A stretch of DNA of 59,079 bases, counting the filler, from Sphacelaria rigidula (lineage: Eukaryota), in NCBI GenBank assembly GCA_964200075.2. It is 7 parts of 7 records of this genome, joined end to end, with 100 filler letters (N's around TTAATTAATTAA, not from the genome) between each part and the next. Parts side by side here need not be neighbours in the genome. Positions count along the whole stretch, not along the records: positions 25,364 to 33,717 come from CAXNAA020011417.1; positions 33,818 to 42,171 come from CAXNAA020011418.1; 5 more parts are not named here. The stretch is one strand, 5' to 3'. The translations under genes were made by a program, and so were the position numbers. Each line of letters opens with the position of its first letter. Positions within the stretch are counted from its first letter, which is position 1. Below the pieces are notes generated by a model. It worked only from the letters and a program-made list of their open reading frames with translations, was not told the origin of the DNA and searched no databases. Positions 25,447 to 37,110 of this stretch are shown here, piece after piece.

Positions 25447-26149
25447 CGAGGCCGTATTTCGGAACATTACCACCGCCGGCTGAACTTAAACGACGACGAC
25501 GACGACGACCCAGGAAGATGTTTGAGCTGAGAGGATACTTCTTTGTTTGCGAAACACCACTCCAAATGGCTTCAACAATACGCCGTTCATTACTCTTGTG
25601 GCCTCCAATCCTTGCTGGCTCCCGTAATGTTGTTCAACCACAGACCGTTCATCTTGGAATAATGTGGGGGTGTTATAATCACGGCCACGTCGGGTCAGAT
25701 ATGATTTCGGTTCGTGACAGCTACTCCAGTGCGCCCAAAATCAGTCATCACCAGTCCGATCTACCATATACTACTGCAGAGTAATATCCAGCACACCAGT
25801 ATCTTGCGGGGGTATCCGTATAGTGCGGCCATGCCGGCCTGGTGACCTACCGCACTATGCCGGGACCACCAAGTATCAGTGGTCGATCTATGACATCTCG
25901 TGCCCGAGGCGTCAGGTTCAAAGGGGCGATATTTCGGTAAAGATTTCAGCGAAGGTTGCGGATGATCGATGATCAGGTATTCGATAGCACAGAGAGGATG
26001 ATCGTGTCTCGTGCGTTACACTGAAGACGGAAGGAAACGTTTGAGCAAAAGCAACAACCGCGCTCTGTAGCACCTAAAAGGGTGAAAACAGGAAGAAAAA
26101 AAAAGTAACTCAGTTTCACTCGCGTCTAATATTTCTTCCACCGTTAGCT

Positions 26150-26675
26150 GTTGCATTTGCCACCGCTCCCGGTGATGTTAATTAAAATGGTCCGACTGTC
26201 GTCATTACGGCGGAGATGGCGGTTGCATTAACCACCACTCCCGGTGGTGTTAATTAAAATGGTCCGACTGTCACCACCGGGAGTGGTGGTATTTTCCTTC
26301 GCACGTATCTCATTTCCACAGACGAAAGCGTGAGTACGTGAGTGAACAAAAAAGTATAACAGGTGACTTGAGTTTGTTTGACGAGGATTTACGCGGTGCG
26401 GCAGTACTGGTCATGATCCGATCCGCGAGACCAGCATGCAAGGCGTGTACAGGGGGTGGCGCACTCATTCGTTGCTTGCCTTAGTCGTTTGACCATTGAC
26501 CACGCATCCCTTTCGACACGGAGCACCGTTCCTACTGCTAATAGAGATACCTTCAACATTCCGGCGCTCATTACGTTTCGTGTACCGGAGAGAGACGGCT
26601 TGGTCCCTTGAAACCATGGACTCATCCGCAGGAAGGGGAGGGGGTTCAAAGTGTGAAAAACACAGTAACAAAAAA
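26150..26675 (+). mobile_element. tRNA-derived SINE-like family B copy with duplicated, truncated head
   Basis: cccggtggtgt...aatggtccgactgtc (x2) matches the head at 30502; body matches 30580-30800 and additionally contains the core tactcat-like...gacggagcac. Confidence 0.65.
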
Positions 26676-27168
26676 GGTGACTATGGCTTTAGGTAGATGG
26701 GACCTGAGTCATCGAAACGCGTTCGATTTGTTGATAGCTGGTCAAGTGGTGTTGTGTCGGAAAATCACCGCTAGTCCACATATAAATACAAACTCCAGAT
26801 ATTCTTCATATGTTTGACCATGTATCATTCCGTACTAAGTGCGCAAGTACATATACCTAGTTCCTCATGAAAAAAAAATCAAGCAAAAAAAATATTGGCC
26901 TCGAGAATGGAAAAATGACTCCCGACCTTTTCCCAGGGAAGCGTACCTTCTGCGCTAGACACGTCAGAACAAACCATAGACAAGAGACAGTGTAGGTCCA
27001 CTGCAAGCAATTTCCTCTAAAGCAGGCTCTGTTGAGTTCCGTACGTACAGTACAGTGCTGTAGTACTAGAGAAAAACATATCCATATCCATACTCCACTG
27101 GAATTTAGTAACAACTACGACGGAGTGGAAAAAATGCACCATCACCACAGATACACCGCATTCCTCAC

Positions 27169-28947
27169 CTTGACGCAACGGGAATTCTTTTGGCTGAGCG
27201 CCAGCTCCAGCGGGGTGACACCCTTGTATTCCTGGACGACCGAAGCTCCGTGCTCCAACAACGCGCGTGTTGTTTCGGGCAGGTCGAGATTGCAAGCCTG
27301 GTACAGCGGTCCACCCCCGTACTGCAAGACGGGCAGGCGGGTCAATTGGGGGAGGAAGGGGGAAAAGGTGTACTCATGATCTTGCATGCCGCAGTTATAT
27401 GACCATTGACCTCGCATGCCTATAAAGCCGAGACGCAGCACGCCGGTTTTTTGCCGGACCAGACTCGCAATCAATCACCAAGCACGAGGCGCCGTGATGA
27501 TTTCGGCGAGTCGCATGGAAGGCGATCTGCATCCTGCGAGAAAGATTGTTCGGCCCGAAGCCTACTGATTATCTTGCATTTGGATCACAATGGTTATTTG
27601 GGGTGGGATGAACATATAAACACATGGAATGCGCATGCGGGGGCCACGTCTTGGATCGCAATTCGATAGTGTAGTATACGATGGGAGACCGGCGGCGAGA
27701 CAAAAATGCTGTTGGCTACCACCTACCATGGACTCTGACCTGCCCGAAACCAACGAAGGTACATATTTTTTACGTCGCATCCGAAAAAAGGTACGCTCTA
27801 GCTGTACTGCAAAAAAGTCGACACTACGCATAGGCTGCCTGCCGTTTTTGAACTTTGGTTGGGCTCATCACAACAGCGACAGCGGTTGTGCTCGGTTTCT
27901 CTCCCCTTTTGTTTTTTCTCGTTTCTTCGCGTGACCCTCCTTCTTCTCCTTTATTCTTCATTTCCCCACCTTCTCTCCAGTTTTCCTCCTGCGAGGCTTT
28001 CCGTTTTATTCACGTTGGGGTACGCGGATGTCGTGACCGCGGCCAGAGTCGTGGGGGAAGACCAATACATGCGCGACTTTCAATCCACTACATCAAGTAA
28101 ACAATCACGCGGGTGACAACGGAAACACGCCAACTACAGTACATGTACACGTCACTCAAAAATACTGCGCTTAAAATCTTCGATGACTGCACCCCAAATC
28201 TCCGATGATGGCACCCTATATAGATATCCGATGATTGCACCCCAAATCTCTCATAAGTGAACCCCAAATCTCCCATTACTGCCACCAAAATCTCCGGACT
28301 GGACAACCCTGGTCGACAACCAGCTTGCAGCAGAAAACACTCACCAGATGTGTCAAAACGACTGGTATAAGCAAACTGTACTGCTACCGGTCGCCCCGGT
28401 GGCTCAGTTGGTAGACTCGACACCTTCTGACGGTTAGGTCGTGGGTTCAAATCTCTGAGCGATGTGGGATTTTTTCTCGCACTGTGCCCGATAGTGGAGA
28501 GCGACGATGTCGTGGGTACACAAAAATTGACCAAACGGTCGACGAGGGAAAGGGAGTGCTGAACCCCTCTCGCGATAAAATATAGAGGCAAGCACCCCAG
28601 AAGAAAGATGAAGTACTAAAAATAAACACATGAGGAAAAAACCTCCTGGGTTGACCTTCATCCTGTGTGACCCCAACTGGTGCGCCCACATATACCGAAA
28701 GGTGTAGACCGGCCTCCAAAATAGATGGGATGACAACACACACACACAATGCGCACTGTGCCTTAGGGGGTGGGGGAGGTAGACACACCTTGTCCCATGT
28801 CTCCTCGTTTCCTGCATTGGGATCGACTCCCTCCTCGCAGAGCAGGGCGGTAAGCAGCGACACGGAGTCCTCATCCTCGTCTTCGGTCACTGCGGCCGCG
28901 ATCACGGCATTGCACAGAGCCTGCAGCTTTCGCTCATCGTCGGGCAT
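27169..28947 (-). CDS. Ankyrin-repeat protein, exons 28947(ATG)-28789 and 27321-27169; 3' exons not located
   Basis: MPDDERKLQALCNAV...LLCEEGVDPNAGNEETWDK|gt...ag|YGGGPLYQACNLDLPETTRALLEHGASVVQEYKGVTPLELALSQKNSRCVK|gtgag; phase-0 join; ankyrin consensus TPLxxA / LLxxGA. Confidence 0.8.
27370..27585 (+). mobile_element. Repeat family A copy (intronic)
   Basis: Homologous to 12470-12670. Confidence 0.75.
27981..28096 (+). CDS. Candidate isolated exon of an unknown gene, antisense within the ankyrin gene intron
   Basis: Long polypyrimidine tract ending ctctccag, open frame FPPARLSVLFTLGYADVVTAARVVGEDQYMRDFQSTTS, donor gtaaac. Confidence 0.45.
28182..28295 (+). repeat. Degenerate ~22-26-bp tandem repeat (gatgaytgcaccccaaatctcc) x ~5
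   Basis: Visible. Confidence 0.7.
28386..28748 (+). mobile_element. tRNA-derived SINE family C (Arg-TCT-like head, CA-rich tail)
   Basis: A box TGGCTCAGTTGG, loop CT-TCT-GA, B box GGTTCAAATC; body shared with 36763-37110 and 30163-30463. Confidence 0.8.
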
Positions 28948-29244
28948 GTCTCCCTGAATTATGACGAAACACAAGAGGCAGGAAAAAACACAAGACATTG
29001 TCAAAGCAAGGCAACAACAGCTCTGACAGGTGGAGGACACGAAAGGGTGGTTTAGCTAGTGTTTGGCAACGATCGTCACGGAACGGTGTGATTCGTGCTA
29101 GACTTGGTAAAAGTCAGGCCTCTGGACGACGGGCGTGGCTTGTCCAACCCAGGGTGATGGGTGTGTGTAGGTTAAAGTTTCTCACTCTTATAGGGGTATG
29201 GCACGGGTAGGGACGCGACGTAGACATGGACTGGGTAAAGCTGT

Positions 29245-29518
29245 CAGACGCGGTACAGCTCATGAGCTAGCTCAATATTACTTTTCATCAGTGTAATAAT
29301 CCGGATCATGAGCTATCTATAATATTATAGCTCATTTGACCCCCTTTTTCATACTTGCTCCCTACAGCGCTGGACGCCGAATACTCGGAGTTGCGCAGAG
29401 GTGGCGTTTTTGGTTTCTCAGACCCAGCTGTCACGTATTTTGTGTCCTTGGACAACGGGTCTGGGAGTTATCTTTCATGAGATATACTAGGTAGCTCATG
29501 AGCTGTCCGACGTATGTA
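29245..29518. mobile_element. Small MITE-like element with ~28-bp imperfect TIRs
   Basis: cagacgcggtacagctcatgagctagct vs reverse complement catacgtcggacagctcatgagctacct. Confidence 0.5.
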
Positions 29519-30162
29519 GCTCAAGCTTTGCAGGGCAGAGCATGGGGCAGGGACAGGACGCAGTGACGAGGGTGTGTGACTGGGCACCCTAAGTGAGGAG
29601 TATGACCACAGCCCGGACCGGAGATTGGAGGGTAACGGTACCGAGGTTGACCGGCCCGGAATGACGGTACATGTTGACATGTCCGTGGTTTACTAGTAAG
29701 CGGGTCGGGTCATACAGAGGCCATAGTCACATAGGACAAAATAACATACCGCGGGATATCTCAACGCAAGGCTCCTGTAGTATCTTCACATCATCGTCTG
29801 GATATCATTGTAAATAGCGCGTCCACTCCAATACTTCGAAATTTCTTGGCCGCTTGTATTGCCATGTTCTTCAGCTATGGTGTATGCATTGATCCGACGG
29901 GGGCACCATTATAACAAGTACAGTAGTACTACAAAGCCTCGCTGGGGGGAGGGGGCGTACTCATCTGCTGCTTGCCTTAGTCGTTCGACTATTGACCACC
30001 AATATCTTTCGAGACGGAGCACAGGGGGAAGGGGGTAGAGGGTAGGGGGCAAGGTGCCATCATGATCATGGGGGAAAATGCACACAAGTTGAAAACTTTC
30101 CAATCTTCCCAGCACGAGGGAAGCCTTTTACAACCGCGAAAGTTGAGAAACGAAAGGCGGAC

Positions 30163-30463
30163 GTGTGTGTTGTGTGTTGTCGTCCCATCTTTGCTGGACG
30201 CCGGTCTACACCTTTCGGTGTATGTGGGCGTACCAGCCGGGGTCACACAGGAGGAAGGCCAACACAGGAGTTTTTTCTTGTTTAGTTTTTGTTCTCCACC
30301 TTCCTTCTGCGGTGCTTGCCTCATCTTTTCAACGCGTGAGGGGTTCGGCAGTGCCTTTCCCTCGTCGACCATCAAGTCGAATTTTGTGTGCCCACGACAT
30401 AACTGCTCTCCACTGATCCCAGATCGCTCCGAGGTTACCAACTGAGCCACCGCGGCAACCGGC
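30163..30463 (-). mobile_element. SINE family C copy with internal head deletion
   Basis: Reverse complement gccggttgccgcggtggctcagttggtaacctcggagcgatct...; the anticodon/B-box part is missing. Confidence 0.8.
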
Positions 30464-30501
30464 TTACTAACGTATGTTGATATGATACACGCAACTTTGG
30501 T

Positions 30502-30820
30502 GCCCCGGTGGTGTAATGGTCCGACTCTCGCAACAAGGGTGGAGAGAACGAGGATTCGATTCCCGCTGCGGTAGATTTTTTTTTCGCGATGTCTGGTTTC
30601 CACCGTAGAAAGCGTGAGAAAATTCGTAACAAAGTAATCGGCTGAGTTTGTTTGACGTGAGTTGACGCAGTGCGGGGGTGCTGATGGTCATGATCCAATC
30701 CGCGAGACGAAAATGCAAGGCGTATACCGGGGGAGAGATGGGTTGATCTTCGGAGACCACGGACTCATTCCGAGGAAGGCGAGGGGTTCAAAGTGCACCA
30801 AACAATAATAATAAATAATA
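30502..30820 (+). mobile_element. tRNA-derived SINE family B: tRNA-like head 30502-30573, body, (AAT)n tail
   Basis: A box TGGTGTAATGG, B box GATTCGATTCC, irregular anticodon arm; body homologous to 26300-26665. Confidence 0.7.
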
Positions 30821-32559
30821 GTATCACATAACATGCCCCAAAGTACGTTGCCCTTCAACCACACATCAAAAGAGGCGGAAACCGCGACACTCTCGAGACT
30901 CGATTTCCGTGGTTCTACCGTTGAAGCTGTGACGCCTCTAGCTGGGGCCAAAACCTGGATCAAATGAGAAGTTTTCCAAGAGACTTTTCACAACCGTGAC
31001 TTCTTCAAGTGACGCTGTGACTACAGTGTCTCCGCAACCTAGTATTTCACATTTCCTCTGTTCGGAAATATAGGCTCTCTCAGAGAAAAAGAGGCATAAC
31101 TTCGGCCCAAATGCGATTTTTTTGGTGTTTTTTTGTTTTTTGTTTTCGTGACGACCTGAACAACACCCCATAACCGAGGTCTTTGGTCAGTCCACAGTAC
31201 AACACCACCTATACCCTCGGTGACCACAGAGTCCCTGGCTGAAGAGAGGAAAAACCACCGGTTGGAGGCCTTCCCCCTAATTTTTTTTCAATCGCCTTAT
31301 TCGACGGAATTCGTGCCGATTGCCGATTCGGCGGAGCTCGTAGAACCACTTTTCTGTGGTCCGACCAAATAACAGCACACGAGCAACGTCGGCAACGAGC
31401 TCGTTCTGGGGGGGTATTATCTTGCGTAGGGGTGTTTTTTTTTCCGGGGACAATATCACGTCATCCCCTGCTTCTTCTTTTTTTTGCACATGGTGCAAAT
31501 GATGTGCGGAACAAACGCCGGTGGTGGCCTGATCAAGAACCGCGTTATGCGCATACTTCCTGAAGCGAGCTTATATTCCCGATATTTCCGAGAGAGCCTA
31601 TATTTCCGAACAGAGGAAGTACCTCGGTACAGGTTTTGCAGCGAAAAACACCAACAACCAAGTCTCCGAATGTGCGGGCATCGAGAGAAAGCCTGTGAAA
31701 GCAACTCCGAGCAGCCCCTGACTACATGGAATCGAGAGACGATTCTGCTCGGTCACTATCCAAACCTTTCTCTACTTCACAAGCACCCGCAGTGGGTGCA
31801 GCAAAGTTGATGTAACGCACTCTAGACGTACGAACTACTGAAGACGATGGAGCCGTGGCGTGACCCGCACTGAAATAATATGAGCCACGCCTTTCGTACA
31901 ATGAGCACCCGCACGAGAGGCTCTGCGCTTCATGACGTTTCCACAGGATGTAGAAAGTAGGCCAAAACATCCATGTCCCGTTGGCAGGGGCACTTGCAAA
32001 GGCTTGCCGCACAACCCAACACAATCAGAGACGGACCTGAGGAACCCGGTACCCCCTCCAAACAAAAAAACACAGATCGAACCGTAGCTGCTCAACAGCA
32101 GAGCACGCTGTGCATGACCTTACTCAAATCTGTTCTGAATTTATCAAGAGATGATGATTTGTGTGAGACGAGCGCACAGCACACGCTTACTAAACGGTCA
32201 GCAACGACACGTTTTCGGCTGTAATTTGACACGCACGCGGCCGCCATTCCTCCGATACAAAACGGATTTCCATCATAGACTGCTGTGTGTAGATAATGAC
32301 TAAGGGCCCGTTTTAACGAGACAAGAAGAGTGAAAACGCGCCGTGGGATTGAGAATGATTCTGGCGTTTTTTTTTCTTTTGCTCTTCCGATTAGTCGAGA
32401 GCTGAGGGCGTGTCTTCGAAAACCAGTTTTCGATCGACATTGTGCGGTGAAAAACAAAAATCCCGATCGAACAGGCCGTAATTTTAACCATCGTCGAAAA
32501 TTGTGAAGATGATTGAAATCACGGCCTGTCGAATGAAGATTCTTGTTTTCCATCGCACT

Positions 32560-32925
32560 TTTTTTTATCGAAAACCGATGTGCTTAGGCTACTTCTCATA
32601 TATCGAAAAAACTCTGCGTTTTCTGATAAATGACCAAAAACCCACTTATTATGTGATCAGAAAATGCGTTTTCTGATTGAAAAAATTATGATAACATTTT
32701 CCGATAGCCCAAAGTTATCAGAAAATCAGGATTTTCCGATAACCTTGGGCTATCGAAAAACGTCATTGGAAAAGCGATTGAACCTCGTTTGAACACACAT
32801 TACAGCCCACGACAACACCTGTGACGGCATGGCTGCCATCACTACTAGTACTGCTATCGTTGGTGCTCGCGGGCACTCAGCGTATTGCATCACTGTGCTT
32901 CGCTCGCCAGTAGTGTGGTGGCCCT
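32560..32925 (+). repeat. Dispersed repeat (second copy, reversed, at 41045-41330 on another contig)
   Basis: tacagcccacgacaacacctgtgacggcatggctgccatcactact... matches the reverse complement of 41050-41165. Confidence 0.7.
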
Positions 32926-33059
32926 TTACCCCATGAGAACAGCAGAGGGCAGGGTCGATGGCGACTGTTGTACAGACACGACAGTCTATGCTGTATGTCG
33001 TCCGAACAGTGTTGTAGCTCAGTTCATGTCCGTGTACGCGGCGTGTTGTCAACAACAGT

Positions 33060-33360
33060 CGTCGCAATGCTTTACAGACTGCCCACGCACCCAAGCCTTG
33101 TAGAGACAGGACCGGGCTGACAGTACACACGAGACTATGAGATCTGTAGTGCTACTACTGTTGTGGTAGATCCAACGCATACAACACAACAGTAGTGTAT
33201 GTACTGTACTGTACTGTACAGTGCAGCGAGCTTGCAGCTCAGTTGAGGTCTGTGCATGCAGCTTGTCGCGAACAGACGTCGCTTTGCAGTACACACTGCC
33301 TACGCACTCAAGCCTTGTAGATACAGGACCGTACTGACAGTACAAACAAGACTATGAACA
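33060..33360 (+). repeat. Direct repeat of ~80 bp (33060-33140 / 33278-33358)
   Basis: actgcc(c/t)acgcac(c/t)caagccttgtaga(g/t)acaggaccg...gactatga occurs twice. Confidence 0.7.
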
Positions 33361-33717
33361 GTGCTATTGTCTGTTGTAGTACTACAGCCGATACATGCAA
33401 TACAGCACTCTTGTTGTGTATACCGTTGTCCGTGCTGTCGTTTCGTCAAGTACTACCGTAGTGAAAAAACACAACCGTCACTTCTACAGTCAGTTGGTAC
33501 AGCAAGGCGGTGTTCTTATTGATGGTCTTGCGTCACGCAGCCCACCATGTATTATTGCTCAGGCAATCCATCACAGTAGTACAGCCAGTCAGTACGGACC
33601 GTACACCACGACAGGACAGCAGAGTACTGCGTCTCTCTCGCGCGCCCCAGATTTTGAAATCATGCCTGCACACCTCATAGAAGACGATGGACACTGCATT
33701 TTCAATGTTGATAGTGC

Positions 33718-33817
33718 NNNNNNNNNNNNNNNNNNNNNNNNNNNNNNNNNNNNNNNNNNNNTTAATTAATTAANNNNNNNNNNNNNNNNNNNNNNNNNNN
33801 NNNNNNNNNNNNNNNNN
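33718..33817. other. Artificial contig linker
   Basis: N44-TTAATTAATTAA-N44. Confidence 0.97.
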
Positions 33818-36762
33818 GGCGTGCTCCGTCCCGGCATTGTAGGGATGCGAGGTCAATGGTCTTACGACTATGGCAAGCATGATCATGTGTTAGTATAATT
33901 ACTACACTTTAGTGTAGGCTGGCGACCCGAGAAAACATGCGGGAACTCACGGGAGCGCTATGCTGCCTGAGAGTGAAACGAGAAATCGTTCCCCGAGCTT
34001 CTGGGCTTTGCATACCTGCGAATGCGTTTTATCTGGGCCAGGGACAGGGCCCCCACACGATCTTGGCAGTGACATCAAATTCAGTAACAATCCCCGCACT
34101 GGTCATTCGGGTCTGGTCGATGAATTTCGCCTCGCCGTGATTGAGCAGGTGGGCCCCTGACATATCTTATATTTTTTAACCAACACATGGTCAACCCCGT
34201 GTTAGTGGGGGGTCGGTACCAAAATGGTTACGGACTCCAAAACACCTGATAACTTATCTCGTAACAGAAAGGGCTCCAACACGTCAATGACGCATCTCGT
34301 ATCAACAGAAATGAGATTGTAGCTCTCTTCTGGACTCCTACTACGAATGCACATGTGGCACCCGCGTCGGTGTAATGCCTTTGAGTAGAGCTTCATACCT
34401 GTCACGTGCTGTAGGTCGTCATCCCACACGGCCTACAGAACCAAAGAATATTGCATGTCGGCTGTGCGTGGTCATCACCCATGAAGCCAGTGTCTCCTAC
34501 ACGAAGTGAAATTCTGCTGTAGAGACGGCACAACGCCCCTAGCACGCAGGCCGGGCGATAAAATCGTGGCCTAACGCACCTGGGGAGCGTGTGCTAGCAT
34601 GTGCGAACGAAATTCTGAATCCTGTTCTGCGCTAACATCTCTACCGCGCTGCAGGGCACGCGATGTATGGAGCTCGAGACGTGCAGTGGGACTTCTCTGA
34701 CCTGCAGCAAGCCTGAACGGGAAAAGGTTCCGAATTTCGCAACAAAGTTTGAATGCAGATCGAGTTTGGGGCGAGAGTTACTGCTACGTAACTTCCTGTT
34801 GCTCATTCCTCCATGACGGAAGCTTACGCGCTAAAGCAATTTTTTCCAGCAAAGTGGTTTCTACCGCCGTATCTCTCACACGTTACATCTGCATACTTCA
34901 TTGTTCAAAGCATAGGGCAGCGGGTTCGAGAAATTGCGAAGTACCAAATACCTGTACTTTGACGGTATAGCGAAACAACTACTGCTGTGATTCTTTCGTA
35001 TGTCTCGTGTTGTGCACTTCCGACTACTTTGTCCTACGTCGGTTTTCGTCTTTTTTCTTGGAGGGGTGGGTGCCGTCGTCGGTATGGTTACTTTCGTCAT
35101 TTCCTGTCCACCGATCGGTGTGACAACAGAGTTGTGATTGTCAGTTAAACTCTTGTGTGCGGTGAGCCGTGTAGTATGATTATGGGTAAGGTTTTTTTGT
35201 CATTCCTTATTTCAAGTTCACTCCATGTACTCGGACGGTGCTTACTGGAAAAGTGGCACCACAATAGAGCCGTCAGTCGCACCGTTCCTGCGTTGCGGAG
35301 GTCGTCAATTTCTGAGGACCTTTCTGAACCTCCGCGATGGCTACCGAAGTTGGGATCGTTCAACGAATGGTTTGGCCCATAAGATGTACATGAATGCATG
35401 CAGTACCCTTGCAAGTACGGTTTGCTGAGGACTGCATTTGTCGCTGCAGGTGTATTCATCGTTTTGGCCCCGAAGGTAAGGCTACAATACGTTCCTACTT
35501 CCTCTGTCCCATAAGTAAACTACGTTATGAGCGGCAGATCGCATCTCGCCGATGCATGTGCCCATTATGCTATACTTAGATTCGCTGGAAAGCTCTGGTC
35601 ATGGCGATGACCACAGAAAAGGAAAAATCAAATTCCGAGTCGTACTTACTGAGAATGTTTGGGTCGAAAATGACCAAATTTCGACCAATTTCTACAAGTT
35701 TGAACCACTTCCGGCGTAGATTCGACGAAGTTTGTCTGTTTTGTAGGAAACGAAGGCTGCTACGAGCCCGAGGGGTTTGGGACGACACGTAGGTGTCACA
35801 CACAAGCGATGAACAAGAGAGACATAAGTCATTTCCCATTTTGTTCGCGATTTTGACCATTTTTCCGCGATTCCGTCGTTCGTCTCAGCTTTCCAGAAAA
35901 GGGGCGGAACAGGGCCTTTTTCGGCCGACTGGTGTTTTTTGGACCGTTCGTCTACGCCAAGTAGTGCGCAAAAAAAACAAATAAAATGGGAGTAAACTAA
36001 AAAAGCACCAAAACTTCCAAAACAAATATCACCTACGGCAAAGGACACGATTAAGAGTCCGTGTAATCAAAACGTAGTTTACTCATGCGACAGAGGAAGT
36101 AGAAGTCGAGCAAATCGGACAACGTCACCGTTTTTCTTCCCGCTACAGTAAAAACGAACTACTTCGCTACTGTGCGAGGACCGCAAGAATCACAGCTTCT
36201 GCACGGGGTGAGCTTGTTGTATACACGTAACGGCCCCTTCCTGTAAAAGATGACAGCAATGGAGTCCCGGCAATGCCATCTCGCACGCCTGTAAGGTTTG
36301 CTAATATCCATGGAAGCAGAACGCCAGAACTGTAGGCAAGTAAACAAAATACCTTGAGCAGAGGGCTTCTCACGACGGAAGATCTTGTGCCACCACAAAG
36401 ATTACACGTGCATCACATGCAGGAGATCGAAGTCAACTGTACAGTATATACACGTTCTAGACGTGCTGGTGGAGGTTGTGTTGAATCGTCGAGCACCCAG
36501 GCATCACTCTACAGTGCAGTATCCCCATCAACAAGTCGTTATTACACAATTATGATACGCCTCCAGTTGCGTGTCTGCTGCCAAGTCAGCGATGCAAGGC
36601 GAAATAAACGGCGACCGACAGGCAAGCCAAGCTACTGGCCTAGCTATTGGAATGAGCAGCAGTGCACGTGGCGGGATAATGAGGGAAGGTGGGTCGATCC
36701 CCCAGATATCTAGACAGTACGGTGGGTACAGAAGTGCATACATGCACCGTACTCTAGATCTT

Positions 36763-37110
36763 GCCGGTCGCCCCGGTGGCTCAGTTGGTAACCTCGAACC
36801 CTTCTGACGGTTGGGTCATGGGTTCAAATCTCGGAGCGATCTAGGACATTTTCTCACACCATACCCAACAGTGGCGAGCGAGTATGTCGTGAGAACACAA
36901 ACTTCTACTGTATGGTCGACGACGGAAAGGGACTACCAAACCCCTCTCGCGATAAAAAAAGCAGACACCGCAGAAGGAAGGTGGAGTACCAGAAACGAAC
37001 AGAAAAGAAAAACTCCTGTGTTGACCTTCCTCCCGTGTGACCCCGCCTGGTGCGCCCACATATACCGAAAGGTGTAGGCCGGCGTCCAGAATAGATGGGA
37101 CGGCAACATA
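36763..37110 (+). mobile_element. SINE family C copy
   Basis: ggtcgccccggtggctcagttggtaacctcgaacccttctgacggttgggtcatgggttcaaatctcggagcgat followed by the shared body. Confidence 0.8.

Noticed and set aside
22932-28096. Joining the 27981-28096 exon to the repeat-protein gene (phases happen to match)
   Set aside because: A contig linker lies between them, and the peptide does not continue the repeat pattern
28182-28295. CRISPR-like array
   Set aside because: Degenerate adjacent repeats without unique spacers; eukaryotic context with no cas genes
28386-28465. Functional tRNA genes at 28386, 30502, 36763, 41727 and 42070
   Set aside because: Stems are broken and most are followed by shared repeat bodies; treated as SINE heads
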